A stretch of 64,000 nucleotides of DNA from Eledone cirrhosa (GCA_964016885.1 OZ024741.1:291834001-291898000); one strand, 5' to 3'. Positions 29,717 through 47,356 are shown, counted from the stretch's first letter. The notes: a model not told the origin generated them from the letters alone. Translations and numbers: made by a program.

Positions 29717-30415
29717 ATACAATAAATGTAATCTGAGTTTTTCGAATATTAATAATTGTTTCTACTTTAGGCACAAGGCCAGCAATTTACCAGTATATTA
29801 CTGGTACTTTATTTTATCGACCCCGTAAGGATGAAAGGCAAAGTTAACCTCGGCGGGATTTGAACTCAGACTGTAAAGGGACGTAACTATGCTAGAAAAC
29901 ATGGAGTCCAACTCTCTACAGATACTGCCAATTCCCCTTGCTCTTGTGTTGGCATGTGAACAGAACTGCAGGCACTAATGTTTCTGGGTATCACCCTTCA
30001 TCAGTACAGCTCACCGTTCACCTGCCAAACTCTCAGAGCTAGTGAAAATAGATGCTATTTTCAAAAATACACAGTGACTGAACGGCCTGATTTGCATATT
30101 AGCAGACTGGCTGATCAGTCAGATCTGCATATTAGCAGATCCACTGATCAGCCAGATTTGCATATCAGCAGACTGACCAGTCAGTTTCCTGTATACGAGC
30201 GATAAATGGCCGGCTTTGCCAAATTCAAATAAAAAAAAAAATTTCGCTCTGACAGAAACGTTAGTGTCTGCAGTTCTGTTCGCATGCCAACACAAGAGTA
30301 AGAATGAAGTGTTCATTCTACTGACATGGCTATAAAATTGAGGCTTGTTTGCATAATTGCAAACGAATCGAATGTTATTATTAATATTCGAAAAACTCAG
30401 ATTACATTTAATGTA
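29717..30415. mobile_element. long-TIR MITE interrupted by a SINE
   Basis: TACAATAAATGTAATCTGAGTTTTTCGAATATTAATAA inverted at ~30378-30415; inner arms ~29936-29985 and ~30254-30300. Confidence 0.65.
29752..29934 (-). mobile_element. SINE family A, full length
   Basis: Reverse complement of the family consensus seen in the window. Confidence 0.85.
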
Positions 30416-30434
30416 TATATATATATATATATAT

Positions 30435-30648
30435 CTAGGGCGGGTAAAATTCCCGAGATCCATGGACGAGTTCTCTCCAGCGGTCTCTGTCCCTCATTAT
30501 CCCTGCCATATCCTGCGTCTCCAACATACCAGTGTCTGTTCTTAGGTACATGAACATATGTTAACCTTTGTCTTCTTCTTCCATTGTATCCATGCAGAGG
30601 CTCCCACAGGATCACTGAGTGCCGTGTCAATTCTGGATGTCGGTGAGT
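30435..30648 (-). mobile_element. RTE/RTEX LINE 3' fragment
   Basis: HRHPELTRHSVILWEPLHG...LTYV; same family as 60190-60380. Confidence 0.75.
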
Positions 30649-30655
30649 ACACACA

Positions 30656-30734
<79 letters not shown>

Positions 30735-31393
30735 ACACACATATATATATATATATACGTATACACACATGCACACACACACTGCCACACATACACGATT
30801 ATAATTCCCTATAAATTCATTGATATGTTTTACACAGGCAATAAATATTTCAGACAAACGTACACGTATACTACCATGCATATGCAATTCCACATTCTCC
30901 CTCTACACATACTCACGAAAACAATTACACATACAATTATGAACTTATGATTATATGCATATTACGATGCGTATCGATTTTAATATATATAAAATTCATA
31001 GCTAAAGGATTTCAAATGTTTATCGTAAACATATCGCATATTATTAGATATACAAAATATACATACTTATAACAATATAGCTATGGTTGAGCGAACACCT
31101 TAATTCTATTTCTTGTTCAGCCCGAGCCAGCCTACAGCTCCGTATTCAAGTGGGGAGAATCAGCCTATGTTTTCAACTATATTCAGTTCCAGTAGAAAGT
31201 GAGGTGAAGCGGGGCATTACCTTGATAATGACCATTTGTCAGAAACAGCCGTCGGTAATTTTCTCTTGCCTCTGCTGGATCTCCGTAGACGACGCCCCAC
31301 CATCAGCTATATTTATTCGTAAACAGAGTATATCATTAGATATACAAAATACACATACTTATATGCATATATAAATATATATATATATATATA

Positions 31394-32502
31394 CTAGCAG
31401 CAGTACCCAGCGTTGCCTGGGTAGGTAAAATAATATCTGCTTTGATGAAAAGGTGTTGATCTTAGCGACTGCTTCTCGATGACTCATCTATGGCCACACA
31501 AAGGCCATGCGGGGGAGGGTGGTGATGACCTCTATCACTGAGAAACGCGGGTGACTGACGAAGGGGCATGCTGGGGGAGGGAGGTAATGACCTCTAACAC
31601 TAAGCCAAATTTCCTCACGCTACTTGATTGGAAACCGATGAATTCTCAAATACACAACTAAAAGTTCAGACGACGTCAGTGGCCATTGTTTTGCCTTTGA
31701 CCATCTATAAGATGTGCAATGATAGGTTCTATCGTAGTATAAAAGTTGAACCAAATAAATTGATTTATGTGTGAGGTGGAGCCGAAGTTTCGAATTTGAA
31801 TGAAATCGGTTGAAAAATGTGGGAGCTAATGATAGGTCGCCGTCCCTGAACAAAAAATGCAAAGTGTAAAGCTACTATAAAATGTGCAATGATAGGTTCT
31901 ATCGTAGTATAACAGTTGAACCAAATAAATTGATTTATGTGTGGAGGTAGAGCCGAAGTTTCGTTTGAACAAAATCGGTTGAAAAATGTGGGAGCTAATG
32001 ATAGGTTCTATCGTAGTATAAAAGTTGAACCAAATAGATTGATTTATGTGTGAGGTGGAGCCGAAGTTTCGAATTTGAACGAAATCGGTTGAAAAATGTG
32101 GGAGCTAGAGCCGAAAAGGCCGAAATTTGAGCGAAAATGTGGTATTTTCGAATATTTAAGCGGCTGCCACGCCGTCCTGAACAAAAAATCCAAAATGTAA
32201 AGCCACTTTAAGACGTGAAATAATCAGATCTAGCGTAGTGTAAAATTTGAACAAAGTAGGTTGATTAATGTGGGAGCTAAAGCCAAAAATCTCTATTTTT
32301 CGATACCTAAAAAAAGATGACCCCTTATCGATTTTTATCTGCAGAATGACCCCGGAATAAAAAACGATACGCTGATATATAGAAAACACTCCTTGATGAC
32401 TAATCTATGAGCCTGTAAAGTTTCATGAAAATCGGTTATAAGATGTAGGCCCCTATAGGTAATACACAGACACACACATACTTAATTTCATATATATACA
32501 GA
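31394..32502 (-). mobile_element. non-autonomous Helitron-like element with internal tandem repeats
   Basis: CTAG end plus CCCAG-CGTTGC-CTGGG hairpin at the left, TC start at the right; ~110-170-bp repeats 31717-32107. Confidence 0.75.
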
Positions 32503-32540
32503 TATATATATACCGCACACAAACATACAAACACACGCAT

Positions 32541-32639
<99 letters not shown>

Positions 32640-32736
32640 TTTATATATGCCTGCATGTATAAAAAGGCAAACAGAAGTAATATACAATGAAGAAATATAT
32701 CATTAGTTTTACGCATGATATAGTAGAAAGAGAGTA

Positions 32737-32768
32737 TTAACGTTTCGGACGCTTCTTCCTCATCAGAA
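32737..32768 (-). ncRNA. minimal HHR motif
   Basis: Minus strand TT-CTGATGA-GGA-agaagcg-TCC-GAAAC-GTT-AA. Confidence 0.65.
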
Positions 32769-33159
32769 GATAGAATGAGGAATTAAAGAAGAAAAAAATA
32801 TATTGACGGGACTGGTTAATGGCAGAACCGAAAAATATGTTTACAAAAAAAACCCCCCAAAATAACAGGTCTATTCACGTCGCCATCTCTTGGTAGAAAA
32901 AAATATTTTCACACACACACACACACACATATATATATGTGTGTGTGTGTGTGCGTGTATGTGTGTATGCGTGTTGTGTATTTATTTATAAGGAATGTTT
33001 TTATATGCTCAAACGTAGTACATGCCTGTATACAACAGGAACATGATCTCTTTGTAGCCAAGGTGAATAATAGCTAGCCAGCTTATAATTATACACATTA
33101 AATATTAAATATAAACGATCTCCAATTAATTACACACAGACACTTACACGCGAGCGCGC

Positions 33160-33280
33160 GCGTCCGTGGTTGAGTGGTTAGGGAATTGGATTCTCAATTG
33201 ATAGGTTGTGAGTTCGATTTTTTGACCTGGTGATGCCTTATGTCCTTGAGCAAGACACTTTATTTAACGTTGCTCCTTCT
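33160..33280 (+). mobile_element. SINE family B 5' part
   Basis: A/B boxes + CTTGAGCAAGACACTTTATTT. Confidence 0.7.
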
Positions 33281-33365
33281 ACCTCTGGCTGCGATCGATA
33301 GATAATATTAGCAATTGGAAAGACCAATGGAAACATTGTTTCATCGGTCCGATTTGACGAAAGTC

Positions 33366-33414
<49 letters not shown>

Positions 33415-33486
33415 CAATGAGACAATAAACAGAGTTACAGAAAATCTTATCAGTTTCACGCTTTATATTGGAAAGAGGAACGTAAG

Positions 33487-33519
33487 TTTGACGTGTCGGG
33501 TTTAACCCCGTCTTCAGGA
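33487..33519 (-). ncRNA. degenerate HHR motif
   Basis: CTGAAGA-CGGG-gttaaa-CCC-GACAC-GTC; A13 is mutated. Confidence 0.45.
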
Positions 33520-35476
33520 GTACAAATAGAGACAAGATCACAATGGAGAAACGGAAAGAATGTGTGCCCTCTCCCCACCGTGTTGTGTCTTGGGAAAGTA
33601 TCATCTAGCATATTACTATTGACTTGAGCGTAATATCAATTGAGAGAGATCCCGATGAATGTAATCAACACCCCCATGTAACTGGACGACCGTTTCGAGC
33701 GATTCCGCCTCATAACAGGTTGAATGCTTATGCCTATATGTCCGTTCAACTAGGGCTGACCAGAATCTAAATAACAGTAACAGTAGCTAAAGATCTTCAT
33801 ACACATGTGCAGAAAACAGAAAATCTATTATAACCTAATATGTAAGACTATACACAACTGCAGAAAAAGGTTTTATTATAACACAATGCGTGAGACTACG
33901 AGCATACATACAGAAAATATTCTATTATAAGTCAATATGTGAGTCAACATTTACAATTGCAGAAAAGGTTCTGTTATAAGCCAATGCGTGTGACTACTTA
34001 CACACATGCAGAAAATAATCTATAAGCCGTTTATACAAAAACAACTCTGTTAAAGTGAACAAAATAAAAAAGAAATGAAAAGAAGAAAAAGAAAAAGAAA
34101 TTAGTAACGAAAGAAAAGGAGAGGAGGGCTGACACTACACCTCAGTCTGGGTGAAGTTTCAGCTGTGCTCCGTGTACAATATGGCAAAGGCATTACGGCA
34201 AGGAATAGGCCTAACACCCACCACACGCGACTCATTTCTAAGACGAGTTGTTCGACTTGTGAGTAAAATTGGATCGGTGAAAACTGAGTTGAAGCCCCTC
34301 CAGTGAATGGCTCGTGAAATTCAAATGTCCAACCTTTTATATATATATTAATTTTATTAAGACTAAATAGTAGATCTTGTTACTCTGAAGTTTCACCTGC
34401 TTCTCACAGAGACATCATCTTGTGTAATAACAGAGAAATAGATGAAACTCAGAGTATGTATGTATGAATGCATATAGGAGACAACTGATGTTTCAACAAA
34501 GTGTGTATCCTTTAAGATTCATCACAGAAGAAATATTTAACTCCGCGGAAGCGTCATAGCCATGCTATAAAATTAAGAGAATAAGAGACATTCTTTTTAT
34601 ACATGAGTCCCCCTCGTATTTGTAAATTGCTGTGATCACTAGATCAGCTCTCTCACCATCTCAACCTATCTACTTACCTACCTCACTGTTCCTTTATTTC
34701 TATTTACCAACCTCTCTTTCTCTCTAACCCCCCCCCCCCCACTATATATATATATATTTATATATATGACTGTATACGATTTTAATCGTTTTTATTAATA
34801 ACTTTTCATATATTTCCAGTGGTCATTCATAACCACTTTGGAACAATAATTTTCATTCGATTAACTATGGAATGATTACAAATCGCAAAGTACAAAATAC
34901 AGACCGGAAATTTACAGACAGATAAAACAGCAAGCTAGCAATAAAAACGAGGAACAGTTAGTTACTGGTCATTGATCGTAACTAGGAGCAAACAGAAAAT
35001 AAAACATGTTAAATCCGATGAAGATGATTTTATCAGTTGCAGTTATCATTTTCATAATCCTAGCAGACGAGAACAAAAACGCAGCAATAAAAACGCTTCT
35101 ATCATTCACACTTCATTCAGAAGATGAAGGAGAGAAGGTCTTAAAATATTAATGGACTTTAAATCGCTATTGTTACAAACTTATAAGGAAATATGAAAAA
35201 AATATACATTAAAAAACAAACAAACAAGAAAACAAACACGTCATGCCTTAATTTAATATGTTTGAAAGAAAAGCTGGTTCCTACACTTAGCAAATTACAT
35301 AGTTCGCACAGACGTATATGTATGTATGTGTGTAAGTGTGTAAGTATTTATGTATGTATGTATGTAAGTATTTATGTATGTATGTGTGTCTGTATATATA
35401 TGTATATATATATATATATATAAATGAGTGTGTGTGTGTATATATATATACACAGTCCCACCCACTCGCTATATAA

Positions 35477-35565
<89 letters not shown>

Positions 35566-36169
35566 TATCCATATATATATGTATATATATGTATATACAT
35601 ATATATATTTATATTAGTCTATATATGTGTGTGTGTGTGTATACATATGTGTATATATAAGTATATATATATATATATGTATGTATATCTGATCCACTGA
35701 GGATGACACGACGATCAAGAAGATAAAAAGAAAAGCATGATAACAACAACAACTACAGACAGCATGCTACGTCATGTTGACGTCATTGTTAAAAAGAAAC
35801 AATGAATGAACGTGTTGTTACAGGAACTCACAGGTGTTGTGTTGCGGGCTTTAAGTATGACTGATAATGTGTCACTCTATGTGTATGTATGTGTGCATAT
35901 GTGTGTATTTATACATATATATGTATATACATATAATGTTATATATACTTTTATAAGTACTTTTATATATGAATATATCTACGTATACACGTATATACAC
36001 AAATCTATATATGCATATATGAATATATATATATATATATATATATATCAATCCTAATATATATATTTATATAAATATATATATATAATTTTATACGTAC
36101 ATTTATACATGCTTTTATACATACACATATATATATGTACGTATACTATATATACGTATATATAGTATG

Positions 36170-36209
<40 letters not shown>

Positions 36210-36749
36210 GTATATATATAAATATACATATATATATATTTATAATTGCGCACACACACACATATATACACCTATATACACATGTATACAGATTCACATA
36301 CATATTTATGTATTCATGTTGAGCCATTAATCTTCAATGATGCTATATTTTAATGTATTAATTTGCTTCGTGACACACTAACATTAAACCTATATGTATC
36401 CATATTTTTACGGCATCAAAACTATATTGAAATATAATGTCTTTCATAACAACAACAATGTAAAGGCGGTCAATTGGAACAGTCGTTAGAGTGTAGACCA
36501 ATATTTATTCCAGTTGTGTATTGTGTTCTTGAGCAAAACACTTTATTTCACGTTGCTCCACTATATTCAGCTCATAATGAGTACCAGCAGTGGAGCTTTA
36601 ACCATGCGATGATCTGGTGACCTGCCAAGTGGGGGCGGCTAGTTTTATACTCTCAATCGTTTCACGTCACGGAAACCAGGATAAGAACCGGCCTGACGAA
36701 TGTCCGGGCTCGAGACAGACTTTAGTTTTAATCGAAGCCGATGTTTTAG

Positions 36750-37072
36750 CAAAGGGGCGTGCCACATATTCCATTGGCGGGCCACTATTGAATATTGGAA
36801 CAACTATTAGGGCCATTAATATTTATTAAGCCCTATTCCAAAGATTCATCACATCTTCTTTCCATAACATGGAACTGGGGAATTATAACACACATAACCC
36901 TATCAGGGAAGCCCTTTAGTATAGGTCAACTAACAGAAAATTGTGTTACGGTTACGAAAAAAATGCTGAATAAGCCTAGAAGGTAAAAATTAAGAACGGT
37001 CATTGTGGGCCACTCTGACCGGTCTGGTGGGACGGATTGTGGCTCGTGGGCTGCCTGTTGTACCACTCTGTT
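36750..37072. mobile_element. old hAT/Charlie-like MITE
   Basis: Degenerate termini with GCGGGCCA/GTGGGCCA subterminal motifs. Confidence 0.45.
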
Positions 37073-37454
37073 TTAGCAGAACTCTTGGAACATCGTAGGA
37101 GATGGCTTGCGATATTTATGTTCTAGTGTGATATACTTCATATATCATCCGGTCTAATATCATCACCAGGTCTTAGCATGGTTTTAGTGGAGGTTATACA
37201 TATTTCCCAAGTATTCCGCTCTCCCTAGTCTGTGTAATCGTAGCTGACTTGGGGCTGAACCACAATCACAGCAACAACAGCAACAACAATAAAATGCAGC
37301 TGTTACACGACTATAACTGCTAAAACAAAGTTGTTTTTTTTCGAAGATTCTATAAACGATCAAACCATTTTCTGCACTCTAAAACACACATACGTCACGT
37401 GCACCCCACCCCCAACCCCCCTCCGCCACACGCACATATGTTTATACATATATA

Positions 37455-37546
37455 CAGGGTGTCCTCCAAAAATGTATAGACATTTGTACAGACAATATTT
37501 ATTAGAATGCTGTTGAAGTGTGTATATATTTTTGGGGGACACCCTG
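37455..37546. mobile_element. 92-bp Tc1/mariner MITE
   Basis: CAGGGTGTCCTCCAAAAATGTATA ... TATATATTTTTGGGGGACACCCTG. Confidence 0.75.
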
Positions 37547-37550
37547 TGTT

Positions 37551-37659
<109 letters not shown>

Positions 37660-38078
37660 GTATGTATATATATATTATTTGCCAATATTTGTTAATTATA
37701 GTAGGTGTCACAAATACAAGCACTCAAGACTACCACCAAGACAGAACGATCCAATAGAAAATGTCTTCTTGGCACGATATCAGTGTATTATAAGTTTGTA
37801 GTCAGCAGACTTTATATTATGCACGAGAAAACGAAGTTTCACTTTAAATTATCTTTTATTCCTTATCGAAGTTAATACGTGTTTCTAGGCTGATCAGCTC
37901 GAGAGGTGGAATTATTTGGATTAATATCGACCAATCCGCTGAACAGAATAACACTGGAGTAAGGGATATTATTGCGAATAAGATCTAGAGCCGATTATTT
38001 ATGAAACACGTGTTACGTTTGATAATGAATAAAAAACATTGTAAAGCGATCTTGGTCCTCTCATGCATAATTTATATG

Positions 38079-38121
<43 letters not shown>

Positions 38122-38259
38122 GGTGCGGACGGTATTTGAGGACATATTTAAGGTTTTAAAAAACCGCTTATATAATAACAGAAAAAACTATATTGTTATA
38201 AAAATAACATAAACATAAAGCTCAATTATCAATTTAAACAATTTCATTCAATAAAACCA

Positions 38260-39290
38260 CCATCAATAACTGCCTCTACACGTGGTCGAAAACGTTTGGA
38301 TTAAGTGGTTCTTGTTCATATCGGACATGACTCGAATTATGGCGGCTTTCAAAGAATCTTAGGTGCTATGGGGGTGTTCATTGACATTTTTCTCAACGAT
38401 GCTCCATACATAGTAGTCCAGTGGATTGAGACCTGGAGAATTAGGAGACCAAATGTTGGGTGAGATGTGATCATGCAAATTGTCAGCCATCCATTCTTGT
38501 GTCATTTGAGCCTTGTGTGATGGTGCAGAATCTTGTTGAAAGACATAAAGCCTTCCATTGCATACACTGTTGATCCAAGGCTTAACAACTTTATCCATAA
38601 CCTCAGTATATGCAACAGCATTCACCCTAAGACCTTGTGGAAAAATGTGAGGAGGCATCACATGTCCTTCATTGCTAACAACACCCAAAACCATGACACT
38701 TGCAGGAAATGTTGTGTGCATTACTCTTGGAGCCTCAGAAGGGTCTGCACATAGCCACCTGTCATTTCTTCTGTTAGTTTTGTGGTCCTGGTCAAAGTTT
38801 TTCTCATCTGAGAAAAACAAAATCACACCATCTTCTGATGGATTTTTAAGTTTGTTTAAAAGTCTTTTGGATCTGATTAAACGCTTTTCTTTTCTTTTTC
38901 CTTACATGAATTGACCTCTTCTCATCACGTAAGATTTGTATCTGATGTCTTCATGCACAACATTTCTGATTGTTTTTTTCTGACACGCTAAAATTATTTG
39001 CAATTGACCTCATTGATTTTCCTGGATTGTTATCAATGTTTTGCGTAACTTTCTGAATAAATTCAGGTGTCCTGATAGAATCAGAGCATTTGGAATGTTT
39101 TTTACGTTTTGATACAGTTAATACGCTTCCATCTTCTTTCTCTAACTCACAACGACTCTTGTGGACAAAAGAGCTTGCAACTTTCAGAAAACGAGAAATT
39201 TCTAAATCCCCATGCTTAGCCTTCAAAGCCACAATCACAGCATCCCTTTTCATTTCATTAGTAAGCATAGGTATTTTCATTGTTATTTTC
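38260..39290 (-). pseudogene. DD37D transposase
   Basis: FSDEK; QQD followed by 37 counted residues to the D of LNPLDY; N-terminal HTH in 38951-39316; frameshifts and stops. Confidence 0.9.
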
Positions 39291-39325
39291 TGAAATGGAA
39301 GTTCAATAAAAATCATTCAAATAAA

Positions 39326-39511
39326 ATAATAGTTTCTACTTTTGGTACAAGGCCAGCAATTATCCCAGTGTTTTACTTGTGCTTTATGTTATCGACCCTG
39401 TAAGGATGAAAGGCAAAGTTAACCTGTGCGGGATTTGAACTTACATCATAAAGGGCCGTAACTCTTTGCTGCAAAGCATGGCATCAGACCCTCTACTGAT
39501 ACTGCCAATCC
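39326..39511 (-). mobile_element. SINE family A nested in mariner
   Basis: Reverse-complement core. Confidence 0.85.
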
Positions 39512-39546
39512 AAAAAATACATGTGTCCTCATATACCGTCCGCACC

Positions 39547-39617
<71 letters not shown>

Positions 39618-39841
39618 ACACATATATATATATTTATATATATATGTTAATATATATATATATGTGTGTGTGTTTGTGTTAAGAAAAGGTAACGAAAAAA
39701 AGAGTGCTCTATACATTATACAGAGTTATTTAATTACATAGTAAACAACTCAATATAATTGTTTCTTAACCGAAAGTTTAAAAAAACTAGATGATTCTTG
39801 CAAGGAATACCCAGTTCGTCCTCTAGACAAAATTACTATGA

Positions 39842-39906
39842 TGTCTGACGAACGAACTGGATATTCCTTGCAAGAATCATCCAGTCTCTTGAAACCTTTG
39901 ATAATG
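39842..39906 (+). ncRNA. HHR-like motif (copies at 42782-42847 + and 43899-43964 -)
   Basis: CTGACGA...ACTGGAT/ATCCAGT...GAAAC-CTTTG-(G/A)TA; weak stem I. Confidence 0.55.
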
Positions 39907-39935
39907 AAATAATTATATTGTGTTGTTTATTATGT

Positions 39936-40002
<67 letters not shown>

Positions 40003-40125
40003 GGATGTGAGTTTTATTGTAGTACAATAAAGCAATGCAGATATCGGATAAGAAGCACTCTACAGTTTGTAGGACTGGAGTATGCATAATATAAGATCAA
40101 AAGATGGTTAAAGGAGTTCCATGTA

Positions 40126-40192
40126 TTTTATTATGCGCATTTCAAAAACAAACATCATCATGCAATAATATTTGTGTTTTCATCAGATAAAA
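40126..40192 (-). ncRNA. HHR (left palindrome arm)
   Basis: Reverse complement of 40314-40380. Confidence 0.8.
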
Positions 40193-40313
40193 CAGGAGAA
40201 CATGATATGAAGGCTAAAAAACACTTGTGGATAGTGCAGTTTAAATCAACATATGTTGATTTAAAACTGCACTATCCACAAGTGTTTTTTAGCCTTCATA
40301 TCATGTTCTCCTG

Positions 40314-40380
40314 TTTTATCTGATGAAAACACAAATATTATTGCATGATGATGTTTGTTTTTGAAATGCGCATAATAAAA
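40314..40380 (+). ncRNA. HHR
   Basis: TTTTAT-CTGATGA-AAAC...GTTTT-T-GAA-ATGCGCAT-A-ATAAAA; 6-bp stem I, palindromic stem III, AUA site. Confidence 0.8.
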
Positions 40381-40416
40381 TACATGGAACTCCTTTAACC
40401 ATCTTTTGATCTTATA

Positions 40417-40517
<101 letters not shown>

Positions 40518-40520
40518 TAC

Positions 40521-40559
<39 letters not shown>

Positions 40560-40562
40560 TAC

Positions 40563-40647
<85 letters not shown>

Positions 40648-40657
40648 TACGTATATA

Positions 40658-40693
<36 letters not shown>

Positions 40694-40748
40694 AATATAC
40701 GTATATAAATATACGTATATATATATATATTTATATATATAAATATAC

Positions 40749-40805
<57 letters not shown>

Positions 40806-40808
40806 TAC

Positions 40809-40876
<68 letters not shown>

Positions 40877-40898
40877 GTATATATATATATATATAAAG

Positions 40899-41838
40899 GG
40901 TAAAAATGAAACGAAATTTCATTTCTCACTCTTAGTACGGCTGTTACTTAAATATAAGTATGTATACGTACATATATATATGTATACAGGACGTACAGTA
41001 GTATATATATATACATACATACAAGCACACATATATATATGTACGTATGGATTCACCGAACATTTATTATAATTTTCGGTGTGTTTGTAAACAAACATCC
41101 CGAATTAGGCCGTACAGTGTCTATCAACCATCGTTGCTCATTTGTTCAACACTGACAAAGGAACGCTGTACTAGTTTTAAGCTTATTAGCTATCGTCAGC
41201 AACGTATACCTTCCTACCAGATGGTTGAACGTCTGAAAGACTATACTTTCCTTATGCATATTAACGGCTGAGCAGCCTAATTTGCATATCGAGTGAGTTA
41301 ATCGGCCGGTATACCGAAAACGTAAAACGGTAAAGATGAAAATGTGTGCATGTATGTATATATATATACATACTACTGTACGTCTGTATACATATATGTA
41401 TGTACGTATACATACTTATATTTAAGTAACTGCCGAACTAAGAGTGAGAAATGAAATTTCGTTTCATTTTTACTGTTTATCTTTTTCGGTACCCCGGCCG
41501 ATTAACTCACTCGATATGCAAATTAGGCTACTCAGCCGTTAATATGCATAAGGAAAGTATATACTTTCAGAAGTTCAACCATCTGGAAGGAAGGTATACG
41601 TTGCTGACGATAGCTAATGAGCTTGAAACTAGTACAGCTTTCGTTTGTCAGTGTTGAACAAATGAGCAACGATGGTTGATAGACACTGTACGGCTTAATT
41701 CGGAATGTTTGTTTACAAACACACCGAGCATTATAATAAATGTTCGGTGAATCCACACGTACATATATATATGTGTGCATGTATGTTTATATATATACAT
41801 ACTACTGTACGTCTGTATACATATATGTATGTACGTAT
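40899..41838. mobile_element. ~430-bp HHR element: two inverted, differently permuted monomers
   Basis: Terminal redundancy 40899/41329 in copy 1 and 41342/41771 in copy 2. Confidence 0.8.
41600..41638 (+). ncRNA. minimal HHR (mutated antisense copy at 41164-41204)
   Basis: GTTG-CTGACGA-T-AGCT-aatg-AGCT-T-GAAAC-TA-GTA-CAGC. Confidence 0.8.
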
Positions 41839-42094
41839 ATATATATATATATATATACTTTAAGAATAAAGGAACAAGGAACAAGGATTCAGTGTTGCAT
41901 CATGACATATTTAATAACATATTACATATATTCCACTATCGATCAGTTCGTGGAACGCCCTACTATTGATCCAACCCGACTCTATAATCGAAAGATCATC
42001 AGACAGTATTACCCTCTGCTCTGTGCGAGCATCGAGTGCTCAACCGGCATGCCGCCTACGGACGCAATCTTTCTTGCAACCATACACCTATACG

Positions 42095-42218
<124 letters not shown>

Positions 42219-42553
42219 TCAAGGAACCAACAAAGCAGAGGGTACACATATGGTAAATTCTATGAGTGGATAATAAGACAGCAAGGCGTTCAGATATTTA
42301 AAGTTCAGATGTGCTTTATTCTACATCCAGATTATCGAAAGGTATTACTGGTACTTTATCATATCGACCCCGTAAGGATGAAAGGCAAAGCTAAACTCTG
42401 CGGGATTTGAACTTAGATCATAAAGGGCCGTAACTCTTTGCTGCAAAGCATGGTATCAGACCGTCTACTGATACTGCCAATCCCAAAACATGTGTCCTCA
42501 AATACCATCCGCACCCTGTATATATATATTAACACATATATATATATATGTTA

Positions 42554-42621
<68 letters not shown>

Positions 42622-42684
42622 AGAAAAGGTAACGAAAAAAAGAGTGCTCTATACATTATACAGAGTTATTTAATTACATAGTAA

Positions 42685-45302
<2,618 letters not shown>

Positions 45303-45352
45303 TATACGTATATATATATATTATATATATTGTACGTATATATATATATACG

Positions 45353-45391
<39 letters not shown>

Positions 45392-45708
45392 GTTAGAGAA
45401 GCAAGAAATTGCTTATTGTGATCCAGTTCTTGGTTAAGAAAGCCAGTTTCATGGATGGTTTCAACGTACGGTTAGGGGTAACTCCACAGGTTTGTAAGAA
45501 TTCCGCTCAATCTTGGAGTATAAAGTATAAAAGAGAAAACACAGGTAAGCATTACTCACTATTTTGAAAATTTGGACTGTGAACAACAATTATATTTGAG
45601 TGGTTGCTATTTGCAGCATAGCAATATAAGGTTGCACTTACCAATGAAACGGTCGTAAATACCTGGATAAAATCCTTCTCTTAATGCTTACCTGTGTTTT
45701 CGCTTTTA

Positions 45709-46212
<504 letters not shown>

Positions 46213-46316
46213 TTTCAAAGGTAAATCTAGTTGGTATACATCCGGTCATGTTGGATTTATAATTATTAACACAAGAAATAGATCACCAAGGTTCAACAGA
46301 TAATACAATATGTATT

Positions 46317-46384
46317 TGACCGACACGTGTTTCATTCCCGAAATATATAATTTACTATACCTTTATAGAGAGATCATCAGCATC
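46317..46384 (-). ncRNA. HHR motif with palindromic stem III
   Basis: CTGATGA-TCTC...GGGAAT-GAAAC-ACGT-GTC; stem I decayed. Confidence 0.6.
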
Positions 46385-46700
46385 GATTATATACAAGATA
46401 TTTTAAAATGTTTAATTACTGACCGATGCATGTGGGCGCCAACATGGTTGAATCGACAAAATGTAAACAAAGTTTTTTTCTAAGGTTGGAATTGTTAGAA
46501 TGATTTAATTAATTCCTTAAGAGTTATTCTGTCTGGTATTTTCGGTGTTCTTATTCTGATATTAATATATTCTACGTCGGTAGTTAGTGCAAATAAAGTA
46601 GCATTTACTGAAGTTATAATCAAATTTAACGTCAGAATACGGTATTATGTGCGTCTATGGAAGCAGGCAATGGCTAAAACTATCTAGTGCGTCCCTTATT

Positions 46701-46790
<90 letters not shown>

Positions 46791-46919
46791 GTGGAACACT
46801 GGAAGGTAATATCCGTAGTGGTAGAGCACTCAGTCCATGGGACGAGTTAGGTAGAAGTGGTTACACAAGTGTTAGTTCACCATACCGAGAACAATTGTTT
46901 CACCTTAGCGTATCTTCTG

Positions 46920-47038
<119 letters not shown>

Positions 47039-47111
47039 AAGAAAAAGAGATGAAATCGAAAATGCAACTGGAGTCTTATTTAAAAAAATATATATATATA
47101 TTTATTTGGTT

Positions 47112-47149
47112 CCTTTACCGGTTTCGCAGTTCTTCTGCTTTTCAAAAGG
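47112..47149 (-). ncRNA. HHR, U3-A8 core (inverted copy)
   Basis: Reverse complement of 47319-47356. Confidence 0.75.
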
Positions 47150-47318
47150 TGAGTTGAGATGGAGGGTCTGTGGTTTTCTGAAGTGGACATGCTAAAATTT
47201 ATATCTCTATATATACAGAGTAGGGGTAACCAAGACTACCGAAAGTGGGTATATGTATGCATGCATATAAATGTTCTCACAGATGTGAGAAAAACCACAG
47301 ACCCTCCATCTCAACTCA

Positions 47319-47356
47319 CCTTTTGAAAAGCAGAAGAACTGCGAAACCGGTAAAGG
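47319..47356 (+). ncRNA. HHR, U3-A8 core
   Basis: CCTT-TTGAAAA-GCAG-aagaa-CTGC-GAAAC-CG-GTA-AAGG; AATAAA follows. Confidence 0.75.

Larger units (their letters stand above)
38119..39549 (-). mobile_element. Tc1/mariner DD37D (maT) transposon, full length, inactivated
   Basis: TIRs CAGGGTGCGGACGGTAT(T/A)TGAGGACA; TA flanks; transposase in broken frames; SINE inserted at 39326-39511. Confidence 0.92.

Noticed and set aside
37810-38075. Old inverted repeat with GAAACACGTGTTA (HHR 3' half); similar half at ~45647
   Set aside because: No matching CTGANGA half could be placed, so not counted as ribozymes.
41885-42005. Minus-strand CTGATGA...GCAAC HHR candidate
   Set aside because: GAAA core absent in both copies and stems unconvincing.
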